DNA from: Anaerolineales bacterium
GTDB taxonomy: Bacteria > Chloroflexota > Anaerolineae > Anaerolineales > Villigracilaceae
Direction of reading: 5' to 3'
Assembly (NCBI GenBank): GCA_050013095.1
Contig: JBEKFY010000016.1
Span: forward strand, 1,145 to 65,144
Length of the DNA stretch: 64,000 nt
This document shows positions 26,401 through 35,432 of this stretch, piece by piece. The notes beneath the pieces are model-generated. The model made no database searches. It was not told the DNA's origin and worked only from the letters and a program-made list of their open reading frames with translations. The position numbers and the translations under genes were made by a program. The stretch's first letter is position 1; each line of letters starts with the position of its first letter.

Positions 26401-26980
26401 CATCCTCGCACGCCTCGGGCGTCAGAACTTGGCGCAAATCATGCAGGACCGAATTCTCCGAAAGCAGATCCAGCGGCATCAACAGTTCAGTGTAATCGGC
26501 AATCTTTTCGAACAGGAACGGCATTGCTTTGTTATAGAAGTTACACACTCCTACCAGCAACAGGCGGTAGGCTTCCTGTTGCGGATCTGTCGACGGGCGT
26601 TTACCGTTAAGTAGGTCAAAGATCCCCTTCGCATCCACGACGCTTTTTAGATCATTGTCAATGAAGCCGCGCTTGGCTTCCAATAATATTTCGGGCTGAG
26701 TGCCGTTTTCAGCAGGTGATACCACCCCGATCGGAGTATAGTGATTCACGTCCATAAAACGTAATGCACAGAACCGGTTAAACCAGGTATATGCCACGCG
26801 GTCGATGACTGTTTTCTTTGAAGACGCTTCAATCTGTGCCTTCAACTCCGCCACAACCTTCGCCTTCTCACGGATCTCGACACTGTCCGATCGCAACACC
26901 TGCTCCAGGCGCACCGCCACCTGTTCCAATAACTGACGGCGGGCACCCTGAGCAAATTTCTTCAATTTGGTTGTTTCCAT
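23462..26980 (-). CDS. pglX: BREX PglX N6-adenine DNA methyltransferase
   Basis: A 1172-aa protein. SAM-binding ICDPACGSGHML and catalytic VTNPPYMGG (NPPY) motifs. Canonical position after brxC. Confidence 0.9.
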   Translation of the reverse strand: METTKLKKFAQGARRQLLEQVAVRLEQVLRSDSVEIREKAKVVAELKAQIEASSKKTVIDRVAYTWFNRFCALRFMDVNHYTPIGVVSPAENGTQPEILLEAKRGFIDNDLKSVVDAKGIFDLLNGKRPSTDPQQEAYRLLLVGVCNFYNKAMPFLFEKIADYTELLMPLDLLSENSVLHDLRQVLTPEACEDVEVIGWLYQYYISERKDEVFEALKENQKIEAVDIPAATQLFTPHWIVRYLVENSLGRLWMLNHPDSKLVAQMEYYIRPNQEEKDFLKVSDPEELRICDPACGSGHMLTFAFDLLYAIYEESGYQPADIPRLILEKNLFGLEIDPRAGALAAFAMMMKARAKDRRFFTRETNPNICVFENVTFTDAELKQYTKAVGRDLFTEPLMETLRQFEHTDNFGSLIRPLLTDAGYVRSMLEGKNLGGDLFLYSVHERVLKVLKFAEFLSPRYHVSVTNPPYMGGSGFNEDLKIFAKDFYPDSKSDIFAMFIERNFDFVLTEGYSSMVTMQSWMFLSSFEKMRLKILNYWSILSMAHLGARAFDSIGGEVVSTTAFVLQSVLAKGNGLYIRLVDEKTEAKKANAIRESIKNPNCGFVYHAKAADFSDIPGNLIAYWLGKGTSALFKEKKIGRLLLVGSGLSTSDNERFVRFIWEPSRNNINSVVRSREESISRSEVWYLFQKGGQYRKWFGNLEHVVNWRDDGKEIKAWVTSNPKDPNTTHWSRRIFNTELYFLKGITWSTISFGKISFRLSDESTMISNAAGGVFGFSSDSDLFGLLIGLNSKIWVNLIGIMNPTLNYSSGIISQTPLPNLKLGRNGKQLIDIARSDWDMYETSWGFRECPLLNPSFRQEIFNKTYELLRQDWVNHTQQMRELEEENNRGFIEAYGLQDELTAEVPLEEITLTCNPRYRYGGKRSKGELEALLRTDTMKEFISYAVGCMFGRYSLDKPGLVLANQGETIKDYLKQVPKPTFMPDEDNVIPVLEGEWFEDDIAERFKKFLRVTFGEEHYDENLMFIEESIGRDVRSYFVKEFYKDHMQTYKKRPIYWMFSSPKGSFNALIYLHRYQPDTVSIVLNDYLREYIKKLQSHKSHLEAVSVSGSASQSQKTKALKETTQFDKVLSELKEYEDEILYPLATEQVKIDLDDGVKVNYNKFGSALSHIPGLSE

Positions 26981-27002
26981 GAGAATGATGCTCCCGTCTT
27001 GC

Positions 27003-30000
27003 TTATAATCGAATCCGCTTGTTTGCTTTGATGGCCTTCAGCAATGCCTTCTTAAGGGCCTGCAAATAATTCTCAATATCTTCTTCGCTTGCTATATAAG
27101 GTAAATCGAACTTCATGTCCAGTTCGGTTTGCGATACGTATTCGATTGATTTTTCCTTGTCTTTTTTCGTCCAATCTGTGATGCTGGTCAACAGGCGGTT
27201 GTACTCTTTGGTTTCATATTGCCCAATTTGGTCACGGATCACTGCAATAATGTTTTGCCCATGGACGTACGTGACAATCGCCTCAAAAGACTGATCGATT
27301 TCTTTTTTCTGGCTTTCCTTCAATTTGCCGTATTCATCCATAGCCTTGATACGCGTCTGCAGCTGGGATACCTTTTTCAAACCATTTTCTTTTTCTAGCT
27401 TTAATTGTTTATCAATCTCTTTTTTCAGACCATCCAGCAGAGTCTTGGCCTCCCTCATTTTGTTGCCTTTGAAGCAATCGGGTGCTTCGATAATCGCGTT
27501 TAGTTGGCCAGGTTTTTCACTGCCAATACCCGAAAAATTCGGGCCTTGAGTATGTAAAAACTGACTGGCCTCATCGTAAATTGTCTTATTCGATCCCATC
27601 ATAAAAGCTCGGATTGGATCGATAACATTTTCTTTCATGTCGAGCAGCGAATTTTCCTGTTTGGGCAGTTCTGAAAAGTAGAAGGAATAATCCTTCCCGG
27701 CTAGTTCTTGAATGGCTTTGATGGGTTTGTCTAACTCGCTCAGGAAAGGATATAGACTTTTTTGTGAGTAGAGTTCTTTTAGATCCGATAGGGTTTGCTG
27801 AAATGCGTTTCGAACTTCAACTCCCAAATCTTTGGCTTCATTCATGCTGGTGGGTTTATCAAAAAAGTTATTATAGAACTCTTTAACCCGCCTCAACTCA
27901 GACGTTGGTGGAGCTATCTGCGGATCAATGATAACATTTCCGAAGCTATATGTATTTCTTAGCGCCTGTTCAAGAACCGCTCCTTCAAGGATATTAGAAT
28001 CACTTCGCGCTTCGATCTTACCCCGACCTAACAGCATGGCAACCAGACATTGAATGGCAGCCAGATACCATCCATAAGGCTTTTTGGTAAATTTCTCTTC
28101 AATGCCTTTCATCGTTGTGCGCTGGCCCACACTTTTATTGCTCAGGATAAAAGCCAACATTTCTTGTTCCGGTTCCGTGATCGAGTCAATCAATAATGAG
28201 CCCTCGCTAATTTTGAGATACTTTTTAATATCGTTCTCGTCATATTGGGTTTCTTTGAGCATGCTTAGGTTAGGATATGTTCGAATGATCAATTGATTAA
28301 ATCCCTTGACCAGGCGTGTCTTTGGATCATCCCCAGTTACTTCGATCACTGTTCCTGCAACAAAAAATCTTGACCTGGTGATCAATTCACGTACACGATC
28401 CTGAACCAATTTCATTCGGTCTGTATTCTGGCGGGCTTTGCTATCCAGAATACTTAATACCGATTCCTTTTGCTTGTTGGAGCGACTCAGACGTATATAC
28501 TTATCCGTCTTTTTATAATGGAGTAAATCAAAAACCAGGCGGGAATCGGAAGGCATGACAACCATTAACTCTGCTCTTCCTAATGAATTCGCTGTTAGAA
28601 TTTCGATATTATCCACATTCTCACTGAACGGAGTTATGAAGTGAATAGTCAGTTCATGCTCTCGCCCATTGATCTTGTCGTCAAGTTTCTTGGTGAACGG
28701 ATAATCCTGCCCGGTAACATCGTATCGGATCTTTCGGTCACGAATGATTTCTGTAAACAGAATTTCGTCAAGAGCCTCTGCGACATCACCAGAGTCGACG
28801 TCGGTATTTTTAATCTCTTCTTCTATGTCTTTTTCATCATCCGTAAGATACTCATATATTTCCCCGTTTCTCTGGATATAAGTTTGTTGCTCGAGTAAGT
28901 TCAGGGCTTCTTCAATGTCTTTCCTCAGCTTGGAGACATCTTGCGTGAACGTCTCTTGTAGCAAAACTCTCAGATTTCGCGGGGTGGCATTAAATCCCTT
29001 GATATATTTCACCAGGAGGAGAGATTTTAATACCCGGATAGCGAAAAGATTATTAAGGTTGTTCGTGGCTTTATATAATGAGCCAGTAATGAAAGGTTTG
29101 AGAGTGGCCTCGATACCCGCAAACATTAAATCAAAGGTGGCGAGTTCCCCAACATCATTGTTACCGATATCCTTCACCACTTGCTGAAAGACCCCTAGCA
29201 TCGATCGTTCTCCAACTGAACTGTGCCTGCCTTCGAAGGCTCCGTGCGATGATAGGTTTTCAATCGATGATTGGAATAACGTAAATTGATAAGGGACAAA
29301 GGGGTAGCAATTTGTAAAATGTTGCTTATCGGTATAATTTCGATACGTTGTTGCACCATCTGTGAAGGTAAACAAAGTGTCAAAAGTGTTTTTTTCTTTA
29401 TCGTAAGAATTCTCCATAATAGAAGTACCCGTCTTATTTTTGGATAACAGTCGTTTCTGAATAACTTCGTCAACATTCTGACTGGTTAGTTTCAATCTGG
29501 TCTTGAAACGGTCTTGAATCTTTGAAAAGTCATTGGACATTTGTTTGCTCATATCACCAAGTACAGAATCCATATCGGCTTGCGCCGTCACAACCAACCA
29601 CGATTGGCCGTTACATTTTGTTGCTAGGCTCTCGGCAATCGACTGAAGATTGGTCATAAATTTCACATTATCGGCGATATACTGGCCCACTTCATCCACA
29701 AAGAAATTCAACCGGAAACCCGGAGTCTGTTTTTTTATATAGTCACTTACTTCGTTGGCAAAATCTTCGATAGATAGTTTGTAATCCCCGCGATATGCAT
29801 CGATAATGTTTTTATTGGTTTCTTCCTTCGTACCCGATACTTGCGAATAAGCTTTGGCAATGTTCCCTTTTTCTAGGATTACCTCCTCTCGCCCCTTTTC
29901 CCAATCCTTGCCGGCAAGCTCTTTATATGCTCGTTTGAATTTCTCATATAAGCCTCGTTTATCGAGATCACGCTCGAATTGAGCGACGTAACCCTGTTTG

Positions 30001-30461
30001 CTATAGTAACCGCACATCTCATTAAAAACTTTAACGAATACAGTTAGAACCGCATCGATTTCAGTCTTACTAATTGCATCGGCCTTCTGATCAATATTAA
30101 AAAGGATGCTTTTGGATGGAATTGTTACTGCGCGTTTAATATCTGCCTTGAGCATCGCCTCGTTGCATTTGGGTAGGAAATACTCTAGTGTGGGTTTGCC
30201 ATCAATAACTATATTTTCCATAAGCAGCGCCAGCATTTTTAGCAAGTGTGACTTCCCAGAGCCGAAAAAACCGGAAATCCAGACTCCGTTTGCGCCGCGA
30301 TAATCGTTATAGGCTTCTAAGAATTTTTCCAGGCTCTTGGAAATTTCATTGGTAATGACGTATTCTTCCGCTTCAAGCTTCAGACTGGTCAAGTCGTCTG
30401 CTTTAATAACACCCTCGATCGTTCGGTCAATGGGTTTCTCAAAGATCTCTTTCAGTTTCAT
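27003..30461 (-). CDS. brxC: BREX BrxC/PglY P-loop ATPase
   Basis: A 1152-aa protein. Walker A ISGFFGSGKSHLLKML, Walker B-like FFVDEVGQY. Canonical position after brxB. Confidence 0.9.
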   Translation of the reverse strand: MKLKEIFEKPIDRTIEGVIKADDLTSLKLEAEEYVITNEISKSLEKFLEAYNDYRGANGVWISGFFGSGKSHLLKMLALLMENIVIDGKPTLEYFLPKCNEAMLKADIKRAVTIPSKSILFNIDQKADAISKTEIDAVLTVFVKVFNEMCGYYSKQGYVAQFERDLDKRGLYEKFKRAYKELAGKDWEKGREEVILEKGNIAKAYSQVSGTKEETNKNIIDAYRGDYKLSIEDFANEVSDYIKKQTPGFRLNFFVDEVGQYIADNVKFMTNLQSIAESLATKCNGQSWLVVTAQADMDSVLGDMSKQMSNDFSKIQDRFKTRLKLTSQNVDEVIQKRLLSKNKTGTSIMENSYDKEKNTFDTLFTFTDGATTYRNYTDKQHFTNCYPFVPYQFTLFQSSIENLSSHGAFEGRHSSVGERSMLGVFQQVVKDIGNNDVGELATFDLMFAGIEATLKPFITGSLYKATNNLNNLFAIRVLKSLLLVKYIKGFNATPRNLRVLLQETFTQDVSKLRKDIEEALNLLEQQTYIQRNGEIYEYLTDDEKDIEEEIKNTDVDSGDVAEALDEILFTEIIRDRKIRYDVTGQDYPFTKKLDDKINGREHELTIHFITPFSENVDNIEILTANSLGRAELMVVMPSDSRLVFDLLHYKKTDKYIRLSRSNKQKESVLSILDSKARQNTDRMKLVQDRVRELITRSRFFVAGTVIEVTGDDPKTRLVKGFNQLIIRTYPNLSMLKETQYDENDIKKYLKISEGSLLIDSITEPEQEMLAFILSNKSVGQRTTMKGIEEKFTKKPYGWYLAAIQCLVAMLLGRGKIEARSDSNILEGAVLEQALRNTYSFGNVIIDPQIAPPTSELRRVKEFYNNFFDKPTSMNEAKDLGVEVRNAFQQTLSDLKELYSQKSLYPFLSELDKPIKAIQELAGKDYSFYFSELPKQENSLLDMKENVIDPIRAFMMGSNKTIYDEASQFLHTQGPNFSGIGSEKPGQLNAIIEAPDCFKGNKMREAKTLLDGLKKEIDKQLKLEKENGLKKVSQLQTRIKAMDEYGKLKESQKKEIDQSFEAIVTYVHGQNIIAVIRDQIGQYETKEYNRLLTSITDWTKKDKEKSIEYVSQTELDMKFDLPYIASEEDIENYLQALKKALLKAIKANKRIRL

Positions 30462-30476
30462 GGTATTGTTCCTTAT

Positions 30477-31085
30477 CTATTGGAGGCGTTTGAAAATATT
30501 AAAAGCACGGTAGTAATTATCATCAAGAAGCCGTCCAAACAAATTCAAAGAACTTCCTTTTTCAATAGATTGGTTGTACTCCCCGGGGAAAAACATAATT
30601 GTGGGCTTCCCCTTGGCAACAGTTTGCAAGTTATTGAGAACAGTGTGAGATCTGATATATGGGAACACTTCGCCTACCCCAGTAATAAAGATCACAGCAT
30701 AATCGTCTTTTTCCATTTTTTGAGCAATGGCAGGAATCAAATGGGTTTCGGGATCAAGGACGCCCTGAAGCATTTCTTTGAATTCTGATTTCGATAATTT
30801 TGGCTCATCTTCTATGACTTTGTCCCAAACCCCTCTTTCCTTTAAAAGTTCAATCGTCAGATCATATAAATTAATTTTTAATACTTTGATCCCTTTGTTT
30901 TTTAATTGGTTGACAAGCTGCCGATAAATCTTACTCATTTCCTCGAATTCGAAGGGTTGGAATGGGCAAATAAAAAATGGGACTTCGTTTCCCAATCCTT
31001 GCATTTTGAGGAATCTTTGACTGCTGATCGTAGTTAAAAGATATTCATATCTTTCAGTCAGTGATTTATTTTGTATGTCAGCCAT
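30477..31085 (-). CDS. brxB: BREX BrxB (DUF1788)
   Basis: A 202-aa protein. ERYEYLLTTISSQRFLKMQGLGNEVPFFICPFQPFEFEEM fits the DUF1788 pattern. It is the second gene of the operon. Confidence 0.85.
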   Translation of the reverse strand: MADIQNKSLTERYEYLLTTISSQRFLKMQGLGNEVPFFICPFQPFEFEEMSKIYRQLVNQLKNKGIKVLKINLYDLTIELLKERGVWDKVIEDEPKLSKSEFKEMLQGVLDPETHLIPAIAQKMEKDDYAVIFITGVGEVFPYIRSHTVLNNLQTVAKGKPTIMFFPGEYNQSIEKGSSLNLFGRLLDDNYYRAFNIFKRLQ

Positions 31086-31092
31086 AACCCAA

Positions 31093-31701
31093 TTAACCCT
31101 CTACATCAGTTAGCCGCAGTGGGAATATTTGATAACTCGTTGGCGCGTTCGGCTTTAATACCTCTACTACTCGCTTCGAAAGCATCGCCTGGATAATCAG
31201 GTTATCCCCCGAAGTCAGACCGGCCTCTTTTAGCATTCGAAAAACTACTGTTCTTAGTTTGATTCTCGTAGACGAAGTAATTGTTTCCAGGTCATCGTTC
31301 CAATCGGCTTTTCGGTTGAAAAACGCGTCATAATCAAATTCGGTGAGTTGAAGATTTAAACTCATGAATTTATCGTGCAGTACTTCTATCGCAAATTCCT
31401 CTATAATTTTATAGGTTTTACATACCGCAAACCAAAGCAGGTATTTTTGTTCCTGCAGATTACCCTCAACGAGCAATTCAAGCTGCGGTTCAGAAAGGAG
31501 CTCAAGGCGTTGGGTAAGTTCTCGGAAAACCCTCACAGTTCTACTTCCCGTCCTGGATTGAAGGAGATTTTGCTCAAAGATTACCTTCCTGGCTTTTTCC
31601 CAATCTTTGATATTTAAATATACTTCCGCAATTTTTACAGATTCGGGGAGGGATAAACCGGCAGCAGTGAAGGATAACTTATATTTGTTCACAGAAGCCA
31701 T
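31093..31701 (-). CDS. brxA: BREX BrxA (DUF1819)
   Basis: A 202-aa protein. YKLSFTAAGLSLPESVKIAEVYLNIKDWEKARKVIFEQNLLQSRTGSRTVRVFRELTQRL fits the DUF1819 pattern. It is the first gene of the operon. Confidence 0.85.
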   Translation of the reverse strand: MASVNKYKLSFTAAGLSLPESVKIAEVYLNIKDWEKARKVIFEQNLLQSRTGSRTVRVFRELTQRLELLSEPQLELLVEGNLQEQKYLLWFAVCKTYKIIEEFAIEVLHDKFMSLNLQLTEFDYDAFFNRKADWNDDLETITSSTRIKLRTVVFRMLKEAGLTSGDNLIIQAMLSKRVVEVLKPNAPTSYQIFPLRLTDVEG

Positions 31702-32129
31702 AAAAAGCCTAATCCGATAGGTGGAATAGGTATTAAGAACACCCTTTAAGTATTATATTTCAAAAGCAAAAAGGAGATCCTTACAAACGCATCCCATAAA
31801 TCTCGACAAAATAACTTGTAAGATGGCTCAGAATAAATTTCATGCCTTACCAATCCGAAAATACGGGCCTAGAGATTGTGTCGATTATTCAATTATCTTA
31901 TTCTCAAGTGCCTCAACCCCACTTCCTATGAATTTCTCAAATTGCAAACAGGAGAGTATTATCTGCTCCTAGAAGCCCGGTGGAATTTTAGACGAGGTCA
32001 GGGTAGTGATTACTCTACTGCAACGACATATATTTTTCGTCGCGAATGACCTTCCTGCCTGTAGTTCAAAGTTGTCCCGTGCTCATTTGATTTCTCCAGA
32101 TGGAGGAACAAGACAATCTTTAGATGATT

Positions 32130-32705
32130 TTACCTAGTTGCTGGGCTACAGTTCGGGGGAGGAATGATACAGGCCCCACGATTCGGTCCATAAGCCGCCA
32201 TCGGATCCTGAGGGATGAATTGATACAAGTTGAGTGCGCCCATCTCGAACAGCGTCCACGAGGCCGGCAGGTAATCCAATAAGCTGTGGTAATGGACATT
32301 GGCTGGCAGATGATAATAGGGTTCATTGGGATGCTTTATGTGTAGTATGAGCCCGTAGTCCATCATTGGTTTTACCACCACAAGAATAAAACCGATCTCC
32401 ATCCGATAACACATCCCCTTGGAATGCATTGGGTATTCCCCATGATGCATCAGCTGCCATTGCGCTTCATTCACAGAATATTCCTCTTGGCGCTCTGCTT
32501 GGATCTGGTAGAAGGTCTTGCCACCGAATTGCGGGAGCTCCATCGGCTGGCCGGCCCGCCAGGCGAAATAGATCGGCGGGGCCAGGACCACGATCAATAT
32601 GACCAGCACCGCCGTGCGAAAGAGATAGACGATCGAACCCCAGATGATGGTCCCGAGGCAGCACGACTTCTTAGGTTTGGAAACCAAATTCCCATTCGTG
32701 TTCAT
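32130..32705 (-). CDS. Hypothetical membrane-anchored protein
   Basis: A GC-rich 191-aa ORF with an N-terminal hydrophobic helix region (CCLGTIIWGSIVYLFRTAVLVILIVVLAPPIYF). No domain recognised. Confidence 0.5.
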   Translation of the reverse strand: MNTNGNLVSKPKKSCCLGTIIWGSIVYLFRTAVLVILIVVLAPPIYFAWRAGQPMELPQFGGKTFYQIQAERQEEYSVNEAQWQLMHHGEYPMHSKGMCYRMEIGFILVVVKPMMDYGLILHIKHPNEPYYHLPANVHYHSLLDYLPASWTLFEMGALNLYQFIPQDPMAAYGPNRGACIIPPPNCSPATR

Positions 32706-32822
32706 GACTGATCCTCCGTAAAGGCTCAGCCGGCAAAAGAATATCCGTTGTAAGCTGCCAAGACTCTCTCGCCGGCGGGCCTCGAAAATAGGTTCTCCGG
32801 ATAAAAATGCGGCGAGACAAAG

Positions 32823-33818
32823 CTAAAGCCTCCAGTGATCGGCAGGGCTGGCGCGATTGTGGGCCTGCTCGACATCCACCTGGGCGATCTGGGCGTAATA
32901 GCGCACCATGTCCAAGCTCCCGTGACCCAGCAGAATCTGCAGGGTGAACACATCCCCGCCCGAACGCAGGTACATGATCGCAAAGGTGTGTCGAAACTTA
33001 TGGGGATAAACGTTTTTCACACCGGCGCGATCACCGATGCGCTTGATCAGGTGTTCCAGACTGGATCTGGTAAATGGCCGGCCGCGTAGGACCACAAAGA
33101 GCGGGGCACCTTGTTCCTCCCCGTCCTCGCGGCCGGCCAGATAGCGCCAGACCGCCGAGCGAGCCGTTTTCCCCAGGTAAACGGTCCGGCCTTTTCCACC
33201 CTTTGCCCCGCCTTCGATTCCGTGCTTGATCACCAGGGCGCCGCGCTTCGGATCAAAATCCTCGATTTTCAGCGAACAGAGCTCCGAGGCGCGCACCCCT
33301 GAATCAACCAGGGTCAAGATGATTGCCTCGTCCCGATTGGCGGTGTGCCGGCGCATCACGAACCGCCGGCGGTTGGAGGGTGCGGCCTCGCGGGCGTAGA
33401 GGCAGGCCTTAAGCATCCGCTGGAGCTCCTCCTGAGTAAATGGGTTCACCGGATTCCTTTGGAAGCGCGGGGCCGGGATCTCCTTGACCGGGTTTTCCAC
33501 TCCCAGCTCTTTGCTGGCCCAGGTGAAGAAAGACGCAAAGGTGATATAGAAATTCCTCAGCGTCTTGGGCGCCAGCGGACGCGTGTCGCCGCTCAGGCGC
33601 CGGGGGACATATTCCGTCCTCATGTAATTAAGGTAGTTGCTGATGTCGGATGGGCGGACTCGGCTGACCGGCATGTCCCCCGTATATTTGACCCAGTCTT
33701 CAAGCAAGTCCTGATACCCCGACACGGTACGGAGGCTCAGACCTTCAGCGGTTTTGTAGTTCACAAAACCGGTGATGGCACGGGAGAAAGGTATTTGACC
33801 TGGTGCTCTGTGGTTCAT
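32823..33818 (-). CDS. Tyrosine integrase (phage-integrase family) adjacent to the tRNA gene
   Basis: N-terminal SAM-like domain (FVNYKTAEGLSLRTVSGYQDLLEDW). Catalytic-type motifs: DSGVRASEL (Arg), HKFRHTFA (HxxR), LLGHGS (His), MVRYYAQ (Tyr). It ends about 90 nt from the tRNA 3' end. Confidence 0.9.
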   Translation of the reverse strand: MNHRAPGQIPFSRAITGFVNYKTAEGLSLRTVSGYQDLLEDWVKYTGDMPVSRVRPSDISNYLNYMRTEYVPRRLSGDTRPLAPKTLRNFYITFASFFTWASKELGVENPVKEIPAPRFQRNPVNPFTQEELQRMLKACLYAREAAPSNRRRFVMRRHTANRDEAIILTLVDSGVRASELCSLKIEDFDPKRGALVIKHGIEGGAKGGKGRTVYLGKTARSAVWRYLAGREDGEEQGAPLFVVLRGRPFTRSSLEHLIKRIGDRAGVKNVYPHKFRHTFAIMYLRSGGDVFTLQILLGHGSLDMVRYYAQIAQVDVEQAHNRASPADHWRL

Positions 33819-33907
33819 GCAAAAACCTCCTAGCTGAGATTTTTGCCAACCGCAGTCCTCCGGGTTAACGAAAAACCATAGCCTTGCGAGCTATGGTTCG
33901 TGAAAAG

Positions 33908-33979
33908 TTGCGGGGGCTGGACTCGAACCAGCGACCTCCAGGTTATGAGCCTGACGAGCTGCCACTGCTCTACCCCGCG
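33908..33979 (-). tRNA. tRNA-Met (anticodon CAT), probably initiator
   Basis: Reverse complement: CGCGGGG-TA-GAGC-AGTGGCA-GCTC-G-TCAGG-CTCATAA-CCTGG-AGGTC-GCTGG-TTCGAGT-CCAGC-CCCCGCA-A. The C1/A72 mismatch is typical of bacterial initiators. The anticodon stem has only two of the usual three consecutive G:C pairs. No CCA is encoded. Confidence 0.9.
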
Positions 33980-34154
33980 TCGGATGGAGCGAAGCGTAAT
34001 TGTATCACTGGCCTATACCCCCGTCAAGCGAATAACTTAATAAGTCTCCACAGCTTTGCACAAACTCCAGAAATGAACCAGAGAGAGTAATGAAAGCCGG
34101 GGCTGGCGACCCGTCTTGGAGATTATTGGTGTTGGATGAGCGAGCAAGGTTATT

Positions 34155-34439
34155 TTATACCTGACTGGAAGAGACGATTTCCCCGTCATGCCATTCCGGT
34201 TCGGCTGCCAGGTATTGCATTAGATTCTTAAATTCCCTGTCCTGCTCGGGGCTTTCGGCGTTGGCCACGTAAGTGGCCTTATCTTTGAAAATGGCCACCA
34301 GCCACAATTCATCCTGGCTTGCGTCACTCTGAAACACATAAGAAGCGATGTATCCGGCTGGCCGGCGTGTCATTCCCATCTTGCGGACTTGTTCTATGGA
34401 GCCTTTTTTGGCTTTCAGTTTGGCAATTGTTCCGTACAT
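34155..34439 (-). CDS. Small ABM-like (antibiotic biosynthesis monooxygenase fold) protein, tentative
   Basis: A 94-aa ORF with an alternating beta-alpha pattern (GYIASYVFQSD..ELWLVAIFKDKATY). The assignment is weak. Confidence 0.4.
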   Translation of the reverse strand: MYGTIAKLKAKKGSIEQVRKMGMTRRPAGYIASYVFQSDASQDELWLVAIFKDKATYVANAESPEQDREFKNLMQYLAAEPEWHDGEIVSSSQV

Positions 34440-34997
34440 AATGACCTCCTCTGGACGATACCTATAAGATCGTTGATATTAGGACTATTTTACTCCAAAA
34501 TAGGCTGGGGCGGAACAACTCGGCCGGCCTGGAATAGAGTGTTTTTAAAGAATTTGCAGGTGGCACGAACTTCAGAATTTAGCCATAAAAAGCACAGAGC
34601 TCACTGAGGATCTTTGCTTTTCTCCGCCCTACCAGTGGGCTCCGTGGCTAATTTTTACTCGGTCCCACAAGGCGTCGATAACTATAAGAACGCCGTGCCA
34701 AACCCATCCACACCTGGTGGAACATCGGGAACACTCACTCCGATCGCCGGGATATGACCTCCCGGGAGAACTACCCCCTCATGAACAAAGAAAAAATGGG
34801 TGAGGCGGCGACATGCCTCATCAGCCTGACTCCGGGCATCTTTCTTGCGATAAAGAAATATCGCACCGCTATGGCAGCAATGCGATATTCAAGGTTCATT
34901 CAACGAAAGAATTGGCTCGAGCCTGACAACTTCAAGAACCTCGTGGGACGACCCAGGAAAACGATTCGCGGCTTGAAACCTTTGGATTCCCTGGTGC

Positions 34998-35276
34998 TTA
35001 ATTGAACTTGTTGACCGCAGGGCGCTCCACGCGCGGTTTGGCGATATTGACCTTGATTACATTCCCGGCCAAGGAATACGAATTAAACATGCTGATGGCC
35101 TTGTCGGCGTCTGCCTGGGTGGTCATATTGACAAAGGCAAAGCCTTTGGACGTTCCGCTGTCCCGCTCCTTGACCAGATCCACCAGGGTGACTTTCCCGG
35201 CTTGCTCAAACAAGGTTTTAATTTCAGCCTCTGTGGTTGACTTGGCCAGGTTCCCTACATAAATTCTGATTTCCAT
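34998..35276 (-). CDS. RNA-binding protein with an RRM domain
   Basis: Start moved to ATG 35276 (MEIRIYVGNL). RNP-2 IYVGNL and RNP-1 KGFAFVNM motifs are present. Confidence 0.85.
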   Translation of the reverse strand: MEIRIYVGNLAKSTTEAEIKTLFEQAGKVTLVDLVKERDSGTSKGFAFVNMTTQADADKAISMFNSYSLAGNVIKVNIAKPRVERPAVNKFN

Positions 35277-35432
35277 TTCTATTACTGCTTTCCTCCGGCA
35301 CGGCCGGAATATGAGATGGCCGCCAGCCCATAAATGGGTCGGCAGCCAGAGTGCGACAGAGATCCAATTATTCAACTTCGCTTTCAGTCTAACACAGTTT
35401 TGGCTCGTGGACGAAGCAGTTTCACCTTTCGA

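Larger units (their letters stand above)
1..33907. mobile_element. Genomic (defence) island integrated next to tRNA-Met; left end lies beyond the window
   Basis: The integrase abuts the tRNA 3' end. Mostly AT-rich cargo contrasts with the GC-rich core to the right, and defence genes are densely packed. No copy of the tRNA 3' segment was found inside the window, so the distal att site is not defined. Confidence 0.5.

Noticed and set aside
1-32130. A search for a direct repeat of the tRNA-Met 3' segment (the distal att site) inside the window.
   Set aside because: No match was found by eye in any intergenic region (1206-1404, 4552-5107, 10390-10646, 11594-12164, 13766-14224, 31702-32129). This was not an exhaustive computational search.
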